Below, piece after piece: positions 39,092 through 52,014 of a stretch of 64,000 bases of DNA. Below the pieces are notes generated by a model that was given only the letters and a program-made list of their open reading frames with translations, ran no database searches and had not been told where the DNA came from. The stretch lies in the NCBI RefSeq assembly GCF_041956535.1, contig NW_027192208.1:444492-508491 (forward strand), read 5' to 3'. Position 1 is the first letter of the stretch. Each line of letters begins with the position of its first letter. The position numbers were made by a program, and so were the translations under genes. This DNA is from Calcarisporiella thermophila CBS 279.70 (taxonomy: Eukaryota > Fungi > Calcarisporiellomycota).

Positions 39092-40473
39092 ATGAATTTG
39101 GACGTCGGGTTGCAAGACAAACCTGTGCAATTACATCGGAGAAGTCTGCTCCATGTACGGCACAGGGCATTATATAAATGCTGTTTGTGTATACATCTCA
39201 GAGCTGGTGGTTTTCTCATATGTTTGATATGGCTGGTACTTCGAAGCTATTCTAAGCGCTTACCTTTTTGCTCAAGAATTGTTTTTCACCACAGCTACTG
39301 AGCATGGTTCTTGGGACTTTGGCCTTTAAACAGATTAGTCGTAAGTGTGAATATGAATATCTTCAGTAGAATGGTACATGAAAATAATAGGATTGCAAAG
39401 CTTTCTTTTCGTACTTAAATCCAACCGCACACCTACTCTTTGGGGTAGCTAATGTTGTGCTAGGAATTACAGCAGTGCTTGGTTTTGTCGCGTTCTTCTC
39501 AGTAAATATCAAACTATTAACATATGATACGCTGCCCTTACAAAATTTCTTAGTAGACCCATCCATTCATTGTGCGTCCCTATTCTCAATTAGTATGGGC
39601 TACTATTTTCCTATACATGATAGATTGTTTGATCAATTTAATCATATTTTTAAATGAACGCTCAAAATATTTCGGATGGTGCGAGAATAAGGCATCAGAT
39701 CTTGTAGTTAGCGAATTGCAGCAGAGATACCCTAACGGAACGCTGGTCAACGTGACATTTGACATATCGAAGAGTGATTATGGAGATTTATTCAATTGTG
39801 AGCGCTTATATTCAAGCGAGATAAGACTCGCCTTACTCGCCTTAATTATGATGCTTGTAATATTTGTAAGTTGACTTATAATAACGTTCTATGAAGTAAA
39901 TTACATATCGATTTCCATACCATTCTTTATCATTAGATTTACTGGGCCACTTGTATTTGGTCTTACAGTCATAAGCGTAAACTTTGGTTTATTGCTCATA
40001 AACCTCACCTTATTGGAACAGTTTTGCCGCAGCCTCCTCCCCCTCCTGTTCCTCCTGTCAATCAGCCACTTGCGCAACCAGAACCTCCTGTTCCCGATAT
40101 TCCTTCAGTATCCACTCCTTTCCCTAATACTTCACAATACATTCCGGGAGGAATGCCTATGCTCGGAGCCACGCCAACTCCAGCAGTACCCCCGGGAATG
40201 CCAAATTTTCCTCCAAGAGCTGGTACAGGTGAGCCACAGTCCTTCTACAATCTTAGTCCGTATAATTCGCGACAAAAGCAGCGGTCAATGAGCGTAGACA
40301 ACATAGTGCCTCTGGCATCAGACGATCCAGCTTACCCTCATTGGAATTCTACAATAATGGAGCACGTTTCTTCCGTTCCAGATAGGGCTAGTTCACCACC
40401 ACCGCAGAACCGAAGTAAAATTAAATTTTTTAAGCGATTCAGGCCAACATACCATGGGGATCAACAAGTGTAA
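39092..40473 (+). CDS. Uncharacterised ~4-TM membrane protein with Pro-rich cytoplasmic tail, 5 exons
   Basis: KCCLCIHLRAGGFLICLIW start, hydrophobic segments joined by four GT-AG introns, luminal loop with two Cys, PQPPPPPVPP tail. Confidence 0.72.
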
Positions 40474-40923
40474 AATTGTCATTCTTAATAGGGTTTATTT
40501 TACTCATTGTTCAAATTATCACGCATCTATTTAATGTATCATTCATATTATCACCTCTACTCATTCTAAAAATCAATATATTTTTAATATCGATCCTTAG
40601 GCAAGAAAAAAATTAGAGAAAATGTACATGAAAATATTTAGAAGTATTTTTTTAACGCATTCGCTCAATCAATCGTCAAATATGAAGCAAATGAGTATAT
40701 TGACTGGTAATAACGACCACTTGTTTAGCTCTTATATTTGGCTCTCTAAAATTATATTCATGATATCCTCAAGTTTATTGTAAATCATTTAATATGGAAA
40801 TTCTTCGAATATATTACAAGTCACGGCAAAAATTTGATTTCGTGGCTTTTCTCAATATATCCAATATAGCCAAGGCTCATTGATTTTATAGGATTTTTCA
40901 AGCTACTTGATCGGTTAGCCAGC

Positions 40924-41394
40924 ATGGTATGTAAAAAGTGTGAAAAAAAGCTCGGTAAAGTAATTGTGCAAGACAAATGGAAGGATGGTGCCCGCAATGC
41001 GACAGGTATGAACATTTAAATCAAGTAAATATTGTAGCAAAATCTAACTCTATTATAATAGTTGGCACTGATCGAAAGCTTAACGAAAATAAATTATTGA
41101 GCAAAAGTGCCAAAAATAGGTAAGATGAAAAGAAATTGCATGGTGAAATATAGAGGCTAACTCGATCTTTAGATTTGCTCCATATCAGAACAAATGTAAG
41201 GTGTGCAAGTCGCGAGTAAACCAGGAGCATGCAAATTACTGTCAAGGTAAACAATTGAATTTTATCAATTCTCTTACAATATCTCATCGCTGGAACGAAA
41301 AATATTACTAGGATGTGCCTACAAGCAAGGACTCTGTGCAATGTGTGGTAAACAAATTCTTGACGTATCTATGTATAAGCAATCTTCAAAATAA
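40924..41394 (+). CDS. CRIPT: Cysteine-rich PDZ-binding protein, 4 exons (not in ORF track)
   Basis: MVCKKCEKKLGKVIVQDKWKDGARN...RKLNENKLL...CKVCKSRV...YCQGCAYKQGLCAMCGKQILD. Confidence 0.95.
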
Positions 41395-42285
41395 TTAAGA
41401 TCAGATCATGCTGGTTTAATATTATTCCTGATCAGTACTCGGATATTCTAGTACTCTTTGATCTTTTATTGTATTATTTTTCTTCTTTTTATTTTTCTAT
41501 TTGTACTCTAAATCTTTCTTCGACAGTTGTTACTACTTTAGATTTATTAAATATATATCAAAAATTGGACTTTTCCGTTTCTTTCATTGAAGGCCTAAAG
41601 TTAAGAATTGCTATTCATAGGGCAACAAGGTCAAGTGGGATGGAGTTATATACACAATATAGATAAATCCGTTTATCCTTAGTATTATCCATAATATTTT
41701 GGTAATGGTAGGTTGAAAATAGCGCATATGTTGACACATTTCAACATTATATAGCAAATCTTCAAAATTTAGCCGCAATGATAAGCTTTAAAAATTATAT
41801 TAATAATTATCTAGAAATAACAAAGCCATATTCACTTTTACATTTTGGCACAATACTTAGCATTGAGGAATATATAACTCGAGCATCTTTTATTTAAAAA
41901 ATACATAGCACATTAGTTATACCATAAAAAGTATGTACTTAAATGATAAAGGAAACTAAAGGCCGTTTCCCTTAGAAAAAAAATTGAAAAAAAAAATTCA
42001 AGATCACCATGAAATAACACTGTGAGATGTCATTTTTACTCTTGTGTTTAAATATCCGTTAACTCTATAATTTCAATAAGCATCTATAAAACCTAAATAA
42101 AATCTTCTATAAACATTCTAAATCACTACAAGCTTCCACTTGTCAAAAATGGCCATACATATTAGTAAAAAAAATGCAGCATAAATTATAATAATAAATA
42201 AATAGCAATATATATGTGGGTGAAATTTGTAAAAGCAACATGTCATTTATAGATCGAGAAAAGAAAAATAACACCAACTCCTATT

Positions 42286-43434
42286 TTAATTTTCTGCTGT
42301 TGCCTTCACGATATATCCACGATCTGCAATAATACCACGACAACGAATCATAATTGAGTAGCGGACTACCCACCGAGGTACAAGGGTTTCTTCCGATGAT
42401 ATTCCGTGTTCAGTAAGGATTGTATTAAGAGTATGGGTGGGTAGAATATCATTATGGTCGCTGTGTGATAACAACTCTATGTCTCTTTCGCGCGCAAACC
42501 GAATTAAATCCTTGGGAGCTGAGCAACAATCGTTTAAATTGATTTGATTGACAGCCGGAGGAATTGTTGCAGCTTCTACAAAAGTTTTAAGATTGTTGAG
42601 CGAGAACTCACTCACTCCTAATTTGCCTATGCGGTCGTGAACTTTCTCAAGTTCCTGGTGAGAATAGAAGTAATTATTCTTAAGCAATTATATCAAAGAT
42701 TTGAATCAAAATATTTTAACTTACCCTCCATGCTGCAATTTGTTCGTGGATTTTATCTTCAGTAGAATCTTTGGAAAAACTCTTTCCACTAAAAGAAAGA
42801 ATAAAAGTGTCGATGGCCTTGGTGCCAAGTAATTTTTCTAGGTGATCAAGAGCTTCACCGATGTATTCCGGTGGGGGAAAATGTGTCGCATTCTTATTAG
42901 AGTTAGGAAGATAGAAAAATTTAACTGTAGACAATTTTTAGGAAAATTAGCCATTGAACTCCAATTTAAAGCAAAGATTTACATTTACCTGTAATATCTA
43001 AATCTTCTCTGTCTTCATCGTAAAGCTTCATTCGTCGAATATCGGGCACTTCAAGTAAACTTAACTTCTCATCATAATTGAATGATGGTTGCTTTCCCGC
43101 ACCAAGGGATGCCACAAAAGTATCATGCAGCGACTTTATAAGCTAAATGGATAGCATGTAAAAATTAAATATACAATAACAAATAGCTTAGATGCCTGCT
43201 TACCTCTGCATTCGATTTTTTCAAGGAAATATTAGATCTAGTTGCTCCTGTCAGCAATAAATTGCCAGAATATACGACTAAGTTTTTAAACAACGGAAAT
43301 TTTGATTGTACGCTCCTGGAAAGGAAATTGTTGTGGTTTCCAGTATGAGCTTGAGGGTAGCTGTTGGCATGGTCGTCTGCATAATCTTTGGGACCTCCGT
43401 TAACGTGAAGGTGTGATAATGCAATTTGGGTCAT
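42286..43434 (-). CDS. GCLM: Glutamate-cysteine ligase modifier (regulatory) subunit, 4 exons
   Basis: YSGNLL, TVKFF, LGVSEF, QINLNDCCSAP, LLSHSD, WVVRYSIMIRCRGII (aldo-keto-reductase-like GCLM motifs). Confidence 0.9.
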
Positions 43435-43524
43435 GATTTCTACGTTAATAATTGGATGAAAAGGCGGGAATAGGAGATATTATATATTTTTTTTTCGAAA
43501 TGCCCAATTGATGACTACTCTCGA

Positions 43525-43930
43525 TTACTAATAGGAGACAAGTCACACTGTCGATGAATCAGCACGAATATATGAAAAAACAAACACACAAGCTCATTTT
43601 GCCCAAAAATATTCAATAAGGGGGGAACACCTCAAATATGAACGTCGATTCCCAATTAATGTAGAGGAGCAAAAACTGGTACTAAGTATATTGCAGAAAA
43701 TAAAATATATCAAAGTTGTCCTAAAAGAATAAACTAAACTATTTTGCTAAGCATCTTGCGTTCTGTAATCATATGATCATACAATCAGAGAACAAATTAC
43801 TACCATGTACAATTGATTAAAACTGATTGTAAGTATTTCATAGATTCACCAATTCCCAGGAATTTCCATAAGTGATTCTACACTTTCTCTTCAGGACATG
43901 TCCAGAAGCATTAAAAAGTTTGCTTAGTAA
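43525..43930. promoter_or_regulatory. Yap1/AP-1-like response elements upstream of GCLM
   Basis: TTACTAA 43525-43531, ATGAATCAGC 43554-43563, TTGCTAAGCA 43744-43753, TGCTTAGTAA 43921-43930. Confidence 0.45.
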
Positions 43931-44395
43931 AAAACAGAGACGAAGTAATATTGTGTTAACCCAAAAGCTTTGTGGTGGAAAGAGAAAGTTGTCAACTTAT
44001 ATTAAGCATTTGATTTAGAACTCCTGTTCTCTTTTATTCTTAGATTTTTATGAGCTAATCCTAACTACAAATTAGATAATTTTTTTTTGTCATTTCTTTA
44101 TCATAATATTCTGTGGAAACTATTTTCCTTTATATATACTCTCTTTTTCTATCATACCCGAAAATTACTAGGGAAATCGATATAGATAAATAGAGTTGTT
44201 CCTGATAACTTCTTAATACGCTCGAAAAACAAAGGAATTTCAGAGAAACCATTGACGATTGTGATTGGTTTTAACATGTGAAATTGTGAGAAAAAAATTT
44301 TTTAATAAAATATAAAGCCTCTGAATTGAGACGTGATTCTAAGAATCACTCTTATTTTCTTGCAATCTTCGATACCTTAATCATTCCACTTTAAT

Positions 44396-45577
44396 ATGAG
44401 CCACGATAAGGAGAACAATAATGGCGTCAACAATGACGCTGTTACAAACGGCAACACGCGCTCTTCATTCTACACGCGGCTAACCTCTTATCCGCTTGTG
44501 AATGACACTGTAAATGTCGTGCATTCGTATGTTACCGCCAATCCTTATGGTAAACGTGCCCTTGACACTGCCTCCGCTGCTGCCACTCGTCTTTCTGGCA
44601 TTGCCTCTCCAGTGCAAGAGCGTTTTGCATTACCCCTCGCCAAAGCGGACGAGTTTGCGCTGCGTTCTTTGGACTTTATTGAACATCGCTTTCCTGCTGT
44701 AAAACAGCCGACCGACGAGCTCATCCACCGTGTAGCCGAACCCCCACTTAAGATATATGCAGCTGCTCGCGAAACAGTTGACAAAAATATTACCGCTCCT
44801 GCTCACGATATCGTTGCAGGAATTGATTCTCGCTTCGGGGTTGTGATAGACCGTGCTGAGCAGGTTGTCAACCAATATTTACCACCTTCAGAACAAGAGA
44901 AAAGCAAAACGGATGAAAACAAAGAGATCAATGGTTACAAGTATAATACTACTCGTGCCTACAATTTATCTATCAGTACTCGCAACCGCATCTTTCACCA
45001 AATCCGTGAGCGCACTCCTGAAGAGTACCGAAAGTTAAAGGATAACAATGCTCTCGTACGAGAGATGGCCGATCGTGTAGAAAATCTCGCACAAGGTCTT
45101 GCTACATTCGCGGCATCCTTAAACGCACAGGTGGAAGAGCAACGCAAAGCCGTTCGTGCGCGTATTATTGCTCATGAACAAGAGCTTCGTAAACGTGTGG
45201 AAGAGACCCAACTCCGTGTTTCCCAGCGTAGAACTGCATTGACCCAATATACTCGTGATCAACTACCTGAATATGTGCGCGTTCGTCTCGATAAAGCAGC
45301 TGAGTATTTGAGCCAACGTTATTCTGAAGTACAACAGGAGATATCACGCAAGGACATTGGCCTATTCCAGAAGACACAGAATCTTACCCTATATACATTT
45401 GACCATGGCGTTCCCCTCGTGCAACAAGGTATTCAGGAGAGCGTTCGTGAAGTACAAGGACAAGTGAATTATCTGCAGAGTCAGGCCAGTAATGTAGTTG
45501 TGCAGGGTAGCCAATGGATACGCGACAGGCTTAACGGTGCAGCTAATATATTTGGACTGAAGATAGTACAAGAATAA
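44396..45577 (+). CDS. Perilipin-family lipid droplet protein (Pet10/CAP20-like), single exon
   Basis: PAT-like RLTSYPLVND...ADEFALRSLDFIEHRFPAVKQPT, amphipathic helical C-terminus; TATAAA at ~44311. Confidence 0.82.
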   Translation: MSHDKENNNGVNNDAVTNGNTRSSFYTRLTSYPLVNDTVNVVHSYVTANPYGKRALDTASAAATRLSGIASPVQERFALPLAKADEFALRSLDFIEHRFPAVKQPTDELIHRVAEPPLKIYAAARETVDKNITAPAHDIVAGIDSRFGVVIDRAEQVVNQYLPPSEQEKSKTDENKEINGYKYNTTRAYNLSISTRNRIFHQIRERTPEEYRKLKDNNALVREMADRVENLAQGLATFAASLNAQVEEQRKAVRARIIAHEQELRKRVEETQLRVSQRRTALTQYTRDQLPEYVRVRLDKAAEYLSQRYSEVQQEISRKDIGLFQKTQNLTLYTFDHGVPLVQQGIQESVREVQGQVNYLQSQASNVVVQGSQWIRDRLNGAANIFGLKIVQE

Positions 45578-45807
45578 CTCAATCCTGTTTTTATTAAAAT
45601 TAATTTGAATATAGTGAATTAATTTACAATACTTGTTTACCTTAATATTTCTGCGCATTTTCCTCAATGCTCCCTGATACACATGTTTCATTTCGTTATA
45701 AAATTCGGTGTAACAAAGTCCAGAATTACAGTTAGAGAAACAGGATACTTCTCTTCATCAACTCTCTCTCTCTCAATCTTAATTCCTTGCTATCTACTTC
45801 CCATTAA

Positions 45808-47459
<1,652 letters not shown>

Positions 47460-47647
47460 CATGGAAATTAATACAATTAATTTAACAATTCATTATAATA
47501 AACGCATTGAATTTTCAAGTTTTTATGGTTCCGAGAAAATCCGGTTGTTAATTTTAATGTGGCGCAGTGTCCCCCTTGCCTTTATCTACTGCCGCGCGAA
47601 ACATTTTTCATGGTTTCTCAATCGATTAAGCACTAGAACTTCTCAAA

Positions 47648-48132
47648 ATGACTGACGCTCAATCTACTGGAAATGTTAGCATATTGCTACACGCATTCAA
47701 GACTAAATTATTTATACGAACTTTTATATATATTTTTAGGCCGCTTTTATTAAAGCATCTGAAGATGTTAAAAAGTTTACTTCTAAACCTACAGATGATG
47801 AGCTCTTGAAGTTGTACGCTCTCTTCAAACAAGGTATTAATGGTGATAATGACACTGGTAAGTTTAATAGGAGGATGTACTTAAGAATCTTGTTTACATT
47901 GAATAACATCCATTATGCCATATCTATCCTCTAGCTGCGCCTGGCATGTTTGATTTCAAAGCCAAATATAAATGGAATGCTTGGAATGATCTTAAAGGTG
48001 CATATTTGCGTTCTAATATTTTTATTTCATTATGAGTAATTGGGTATTCGCTTTTCTTTAGGAATGAGTAAGGAAGATGCTCAAGCAGAATACATTAAGC
48101 TTGTCGAAGAACTAAAGCCCAAATATAATTAA
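47648..48132 (+). CDS. ACB1: Acyl-CoA-binding protein, 4 exons (not in ORF track)
   Basis: KPTDDELLKLYALFKQG, PGMFDFKAKYKWNAW, MSKEDAQAEYI; first exon MTDAQSTGN is less certain. Confidence 0.93.
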
Positions 48133-48860
48133 GCTTATCGCAGAAATATTTTATTTTTGTCGACTTAATCACTTTATATGGAATCTTATTTTTAAAATAA
48201 AATGAATTCCCTTAACATTTAAGATTGACAATGGAAAAAGAGTCGCTACAGTTCAATTCCAATTTTATTTGGTTTCAGCACTATAGACTATCTGTTGATG
48301 AAATAGCATGCAAAAAAACTATAAAATAAATCAACAAATAAAAAAATAAACAAAAAGAAAAAAAAGAAAATATTAAATTTAATTTAATTTTTATTTATTT
48401 AAATTTTTTGGAAAATTTTTATTGGAGGTATTCAATTCTAATTTTTCGCCAAAATGAAATTTGAAACCTATAAAATTTAATGAAAATAATGTTCAGGTAA
48501 CTCGATATTAAATATTTGAATTTATATTTAATGTTAAGATATATTTTTTGGTTGAAAACTAAGTTAACTGACAGAAAAAGGGCAAGTATTCTATTTATAG
48601 CCAGAGTGTGGAAGAATTACTAAAGAAAAGGAGAGGAAGAGAGGGTTATATACTGCAGATATGGAATATGTATATAGAAAATACAATTGCAAACTGAAAT
48701 AAACATTTAAATCTACATCTATCATTAACAGTAATAAAACAAAAAATTACAAGGGAGGGAAGTAAGAGGGGGATATAAAAGAAATAAGAGAAATCAAATG
48801 AAAGGTTAATCAGGAAGAGATCTTTAGTTTGCAAGTAGTGTATGGATTAATGACAGGGTA

Positions 48861-49676
48861 TTATTGTGCTGTTCCACCATTTTCAGATCGTGCTTGATTC
48901 TGACGTAAGAGCGATTCCAACTCTTGGTTTCTTGTAAGCTGTTGATGGAGTTGTTGTTGTAGCTGTCTAATATAATCACAGGAGCAACGTAGGATTATTC
49001 CTTTATTTGGCTTGACGTTTGGATCCATAAAATTCTCAGGAAGCAGTGTAGCGAGTTCTTGAATGCGATCATTAATATTATCGCGACGGCGACGCTCAAC
49101 TAAAGAAATTCACTAGATTGAGATACTCTCAAGATTAATTCCATATAAAAGACTTACCAGCATTGTGAGATTCTCTACGGTGCCGCCTTTTCTCTAACAA
49201 AAGCTGCGCGCTATAGAAAAACAGTTAATGCAGAGATAATTAAGAAAAAAAGTGAAATCTTACTGTTTATGATTGAGAATCTCCTCTTGTCCAAATAAGC
49301 CGTTAAGTAAAGCCATTTCACCTAGATTATACTGCAGTGAACGTGGGCGAGTAACTTGATCAAAATTTGAGCCTAGCCAGGATATGTTCGATGGCACTGA
49401 CATACTATGTAGTTGGAAAGAGCTTTCACCATAACTGCTCTGTGGTGATTGGCAAGCTACAGGCGCCTCTATGTCCGTCATATCGAAAAGCAGATCATGA
49501 TTGTCAGTGTATGGGGAATATAATGGTGCATCGACAGAAGATTGGCTAAAAGGGGAATCGGTAACGTCAGTTTGTCGAGGGGAGAGGTCTAGAGGGTCAA
49601 ATGCGTCTGGAATTTTGTCGCCAAGAGGTTTCTTAAATGTGTGAGTGGATCTTGACTGCTGTGGAAATGAGGACAT
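48861..49676 (-). CDS. bHLH-ZIP transcription factor (Rtg3/MITF-TFE-like), 3 exons
   Basis: [37 protein letters not shown], followed by Leu/Gln zipper. Confidence 0.9.
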
Positions 49677-49959
49677 GTTATACCTCTATTTTAAAGTAAG
49701 TAAAACAAACGCATGAAATGAAAAAAGAAAAATAAATTTGTAAAAGTAGAGAAGCGGAAGCTGTCAAAAATAAAATAATCAGTCCATGATTTGGCCCAGA
49801 GTATTTCTATTGGCTAAATGCAATGTAGTCACGGAAAATGACTGTTCCCATGACAATTTGAAGTTGAACTGAATCAGATCTGGATTTTTTTATTCTCTAC
49901 AGATTGACTTGTGTACATTATCCAATTCTTTATTTTTCCCCAAATTTCCATCCTTTAGC

Positions 49960-51330
49960 ATGTCCGATATAGAAGATCTCGCTCCACTTGAGCCTACTCT
50001 CCAGAACGTTCTCGATCAAACATCTCTTCACTGGATTTTCGTTGGAGGGAAAGGTGGTGTCGGAAAAACGACTACATCTTGCTCTCTTGCTGTTCAGCTT
50101 TCAAAAGTAAGAGAGTCCGTACTCTTGATTTCAACAGATCCTGCCCACAATCTGTCAGATGCATTTGGTCAAAAATTCAGCAAAGAAGCTACTCTAGTAA
50201 ACGGCTTCAATAATCTTTATGCTATGGAAATTGATCCTACATCCAGTATTCGCGAGATCATTGAGCAAAGTATTATAAGATTTATAAATTTATTTCATCT
50301 CTAGGAGATTGATATACATTTTATTAATATTAGCTGAGCAACAAGGTGGTGCAATGAGCTCAATCATGCAGGACTTAGCATTCGCTATTCCCGGTGTTGA
50401 TGAGGCAATGGGATTTGCAGAAGTGATGAAGTAAATAACATTCTTTTCTATTAATGTTTCCATCATTAACAAATTTTTTAGACAAGTCAAAAATATGCAA
50501 TTTTCAGTTGTCGTTTTCGATACTGCTCCCACTGGACATACTCTTCGCTTCCTCTCATTCCCGAGCGTGTTAGAAAAAGCTTTGGGAAAGGTATCTCAGC
50601 TTAGTGGGCGGTTTGGTCCTATGATTCAACAGGTAAATTTTTTTTCATTTTTGCGATTCGCTATTCTATGACAATTCTAATCTCCCCCATTATTGCACCT
50701 TTAAAGATGTCTGGTATGATGGGTATGAACTCTGACCAAGAGGACATGTTTAGTAAGCTCGAATCGATGCGTGGTGTAATTGCTGAAGTCAACAAGCAGT
50801 TCCAAGATCCCGTACTTACTGATTTTCTGTCATTTCCACGCAATATTGCTCAAACAGCTTTTTACTCCTTATTTAGGATACGACTACTTTTATTTGTGTG
50901 TGCATCTCTGAATTTTTATCGCTTTATGAGACTGAACGTATGATACAGGAGTTAACTGCTTATCATATCGACACTCACAATATCGTTGTAAACCAACTGC
51001 TATTCCCCAAAAAAGGTGAAGCTTTCTTTTATTATTATATTCAAACGCGCAAGTTTTAATCATGATTATACCTGTTATAGACTCCAATTGCGAGCATTGC
51101 TCTGTCCGCCACAAAATGCAGCAAAAATATCTCGAACAAATTCATGAATTATACGACGATTTTCATGTTGTCCAAATGGTAAGTTATATATATTAAATAT
51201 AAAGTATTATACCTTATTTAAATTGAGTGCCTTCTGTTAGCCGATGCTTACAAAGGAAGTTCGAGGTATTGAAGATATCAAACGTTTCGGCGAAATGTTA
51301 ATGCGGCCATATAAACCAACAGAAAATTAG
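49960..51330 (+). CDS. GET3: ATPase Get3/ASNA1, 7 exons
   Basis: [34 protein letters not shown], CxxC (CEHC). Confidence 0.97.
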
Positions 51331-51545
51331 ATTATAACTAATCGCATCCTTTTCTCAAGATATACTTTATCGGATGAGAATAAAATGTTTGCCATGAAAA
51401 TCATGTTTTTCGTAATTATTTATCAATGGTCAAATTGGAGAAAGTGAAAAGTGTATTTATTGATAACTTAGGGAGCGCGGTAACCTACTAAAAAGATTCT
51501 TGCGTTAATCGTGATAAAAAAATGAGTACACACTAAAAATTCTTA

Positions 51546-51616
51546 TTAAATCAGTTTATAAATATTATCATTTCAATCAAATGGTACGGACAAAAAATAT
51601 AAATTCATCATTTTAA
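51546..51616 (-). ncRNA. Box C/D snoRNA with 25S rRNA guide
   Basis: C box ATGATGA (51611-51605), guide TTGTCCGTACCA complementary to 25S UGGUACGGACAA, D' TTGA, C' ATGATAA, D box CTGA (51554-51551), terminal stem ttaaa/tttaa. Confidence 0.83.
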
Positions 51617-51740
51617 GGAAGTATGTAGGTAAACAATGAATGAACACTAACCTGTCTAAAATATTTAGTGTGGATTTACCTATAAATAAGGGATATGAGT
51701 TAATCTTGATACGATATATTAAAAAAAAGTATATTATGAA

Positions 51741-51817
51741 AAAATCAGTAGGTTAATAAAGTTCATCATTGGAAAACCATCTTGAAAATAGATCCGATTT
51801 AAAGATACATCATATTT
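51741..51817 (-). ncRNA. Box C/D snoRNA with 25S rRNA guide (U50-region target)
   Basis: C box ATGATGT (51813-51807), 12-nt guide CGGATCTATTTT complementary to 25S AAAAUAGAUCCG, C' ATGATGA, D box CTGA (51748-51745). Confidence 0.78.
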
Positions 51818-51942
51818 GTGTAAAACTTGTAAGAAATAAAAGTGCCTATTTACCTTATTGAGAATGCAGCGAGAATGTTGTCTACATTAAATTAAAATGT
51901 TAATATCAATATAATAATTAAAAATTGTTGTTTTTTTAAAAA

Positions 51943-52014
51943 AATGTCAGTCTCGAAAAAAACGTAATCATTATACTTCATTATAGCGTATATATAATAT
52001 AGCCATCATCCATA
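51943..52014 (-). ncRNA. Box C/D snoRNA, U54/SNORD54-like guide for 18S rRNA
   Basis: C box ATGATGG (52009-52003), guide ATATACGCTAT complementary to 18S AUAGCGUAUAU, D' ATGA, C' ATGATT, D box CTGA (51950-51947). Confidence 0.8.

Noticed and set aside
51581-51690. Plus-strand ATG|GTACGG...CTAAC...TTTAG intron-like pattern
   Set aside because: Yields only a 7-codon peptide; the sequence is better explained as the antisense of the snoRNA guide and host splice sites
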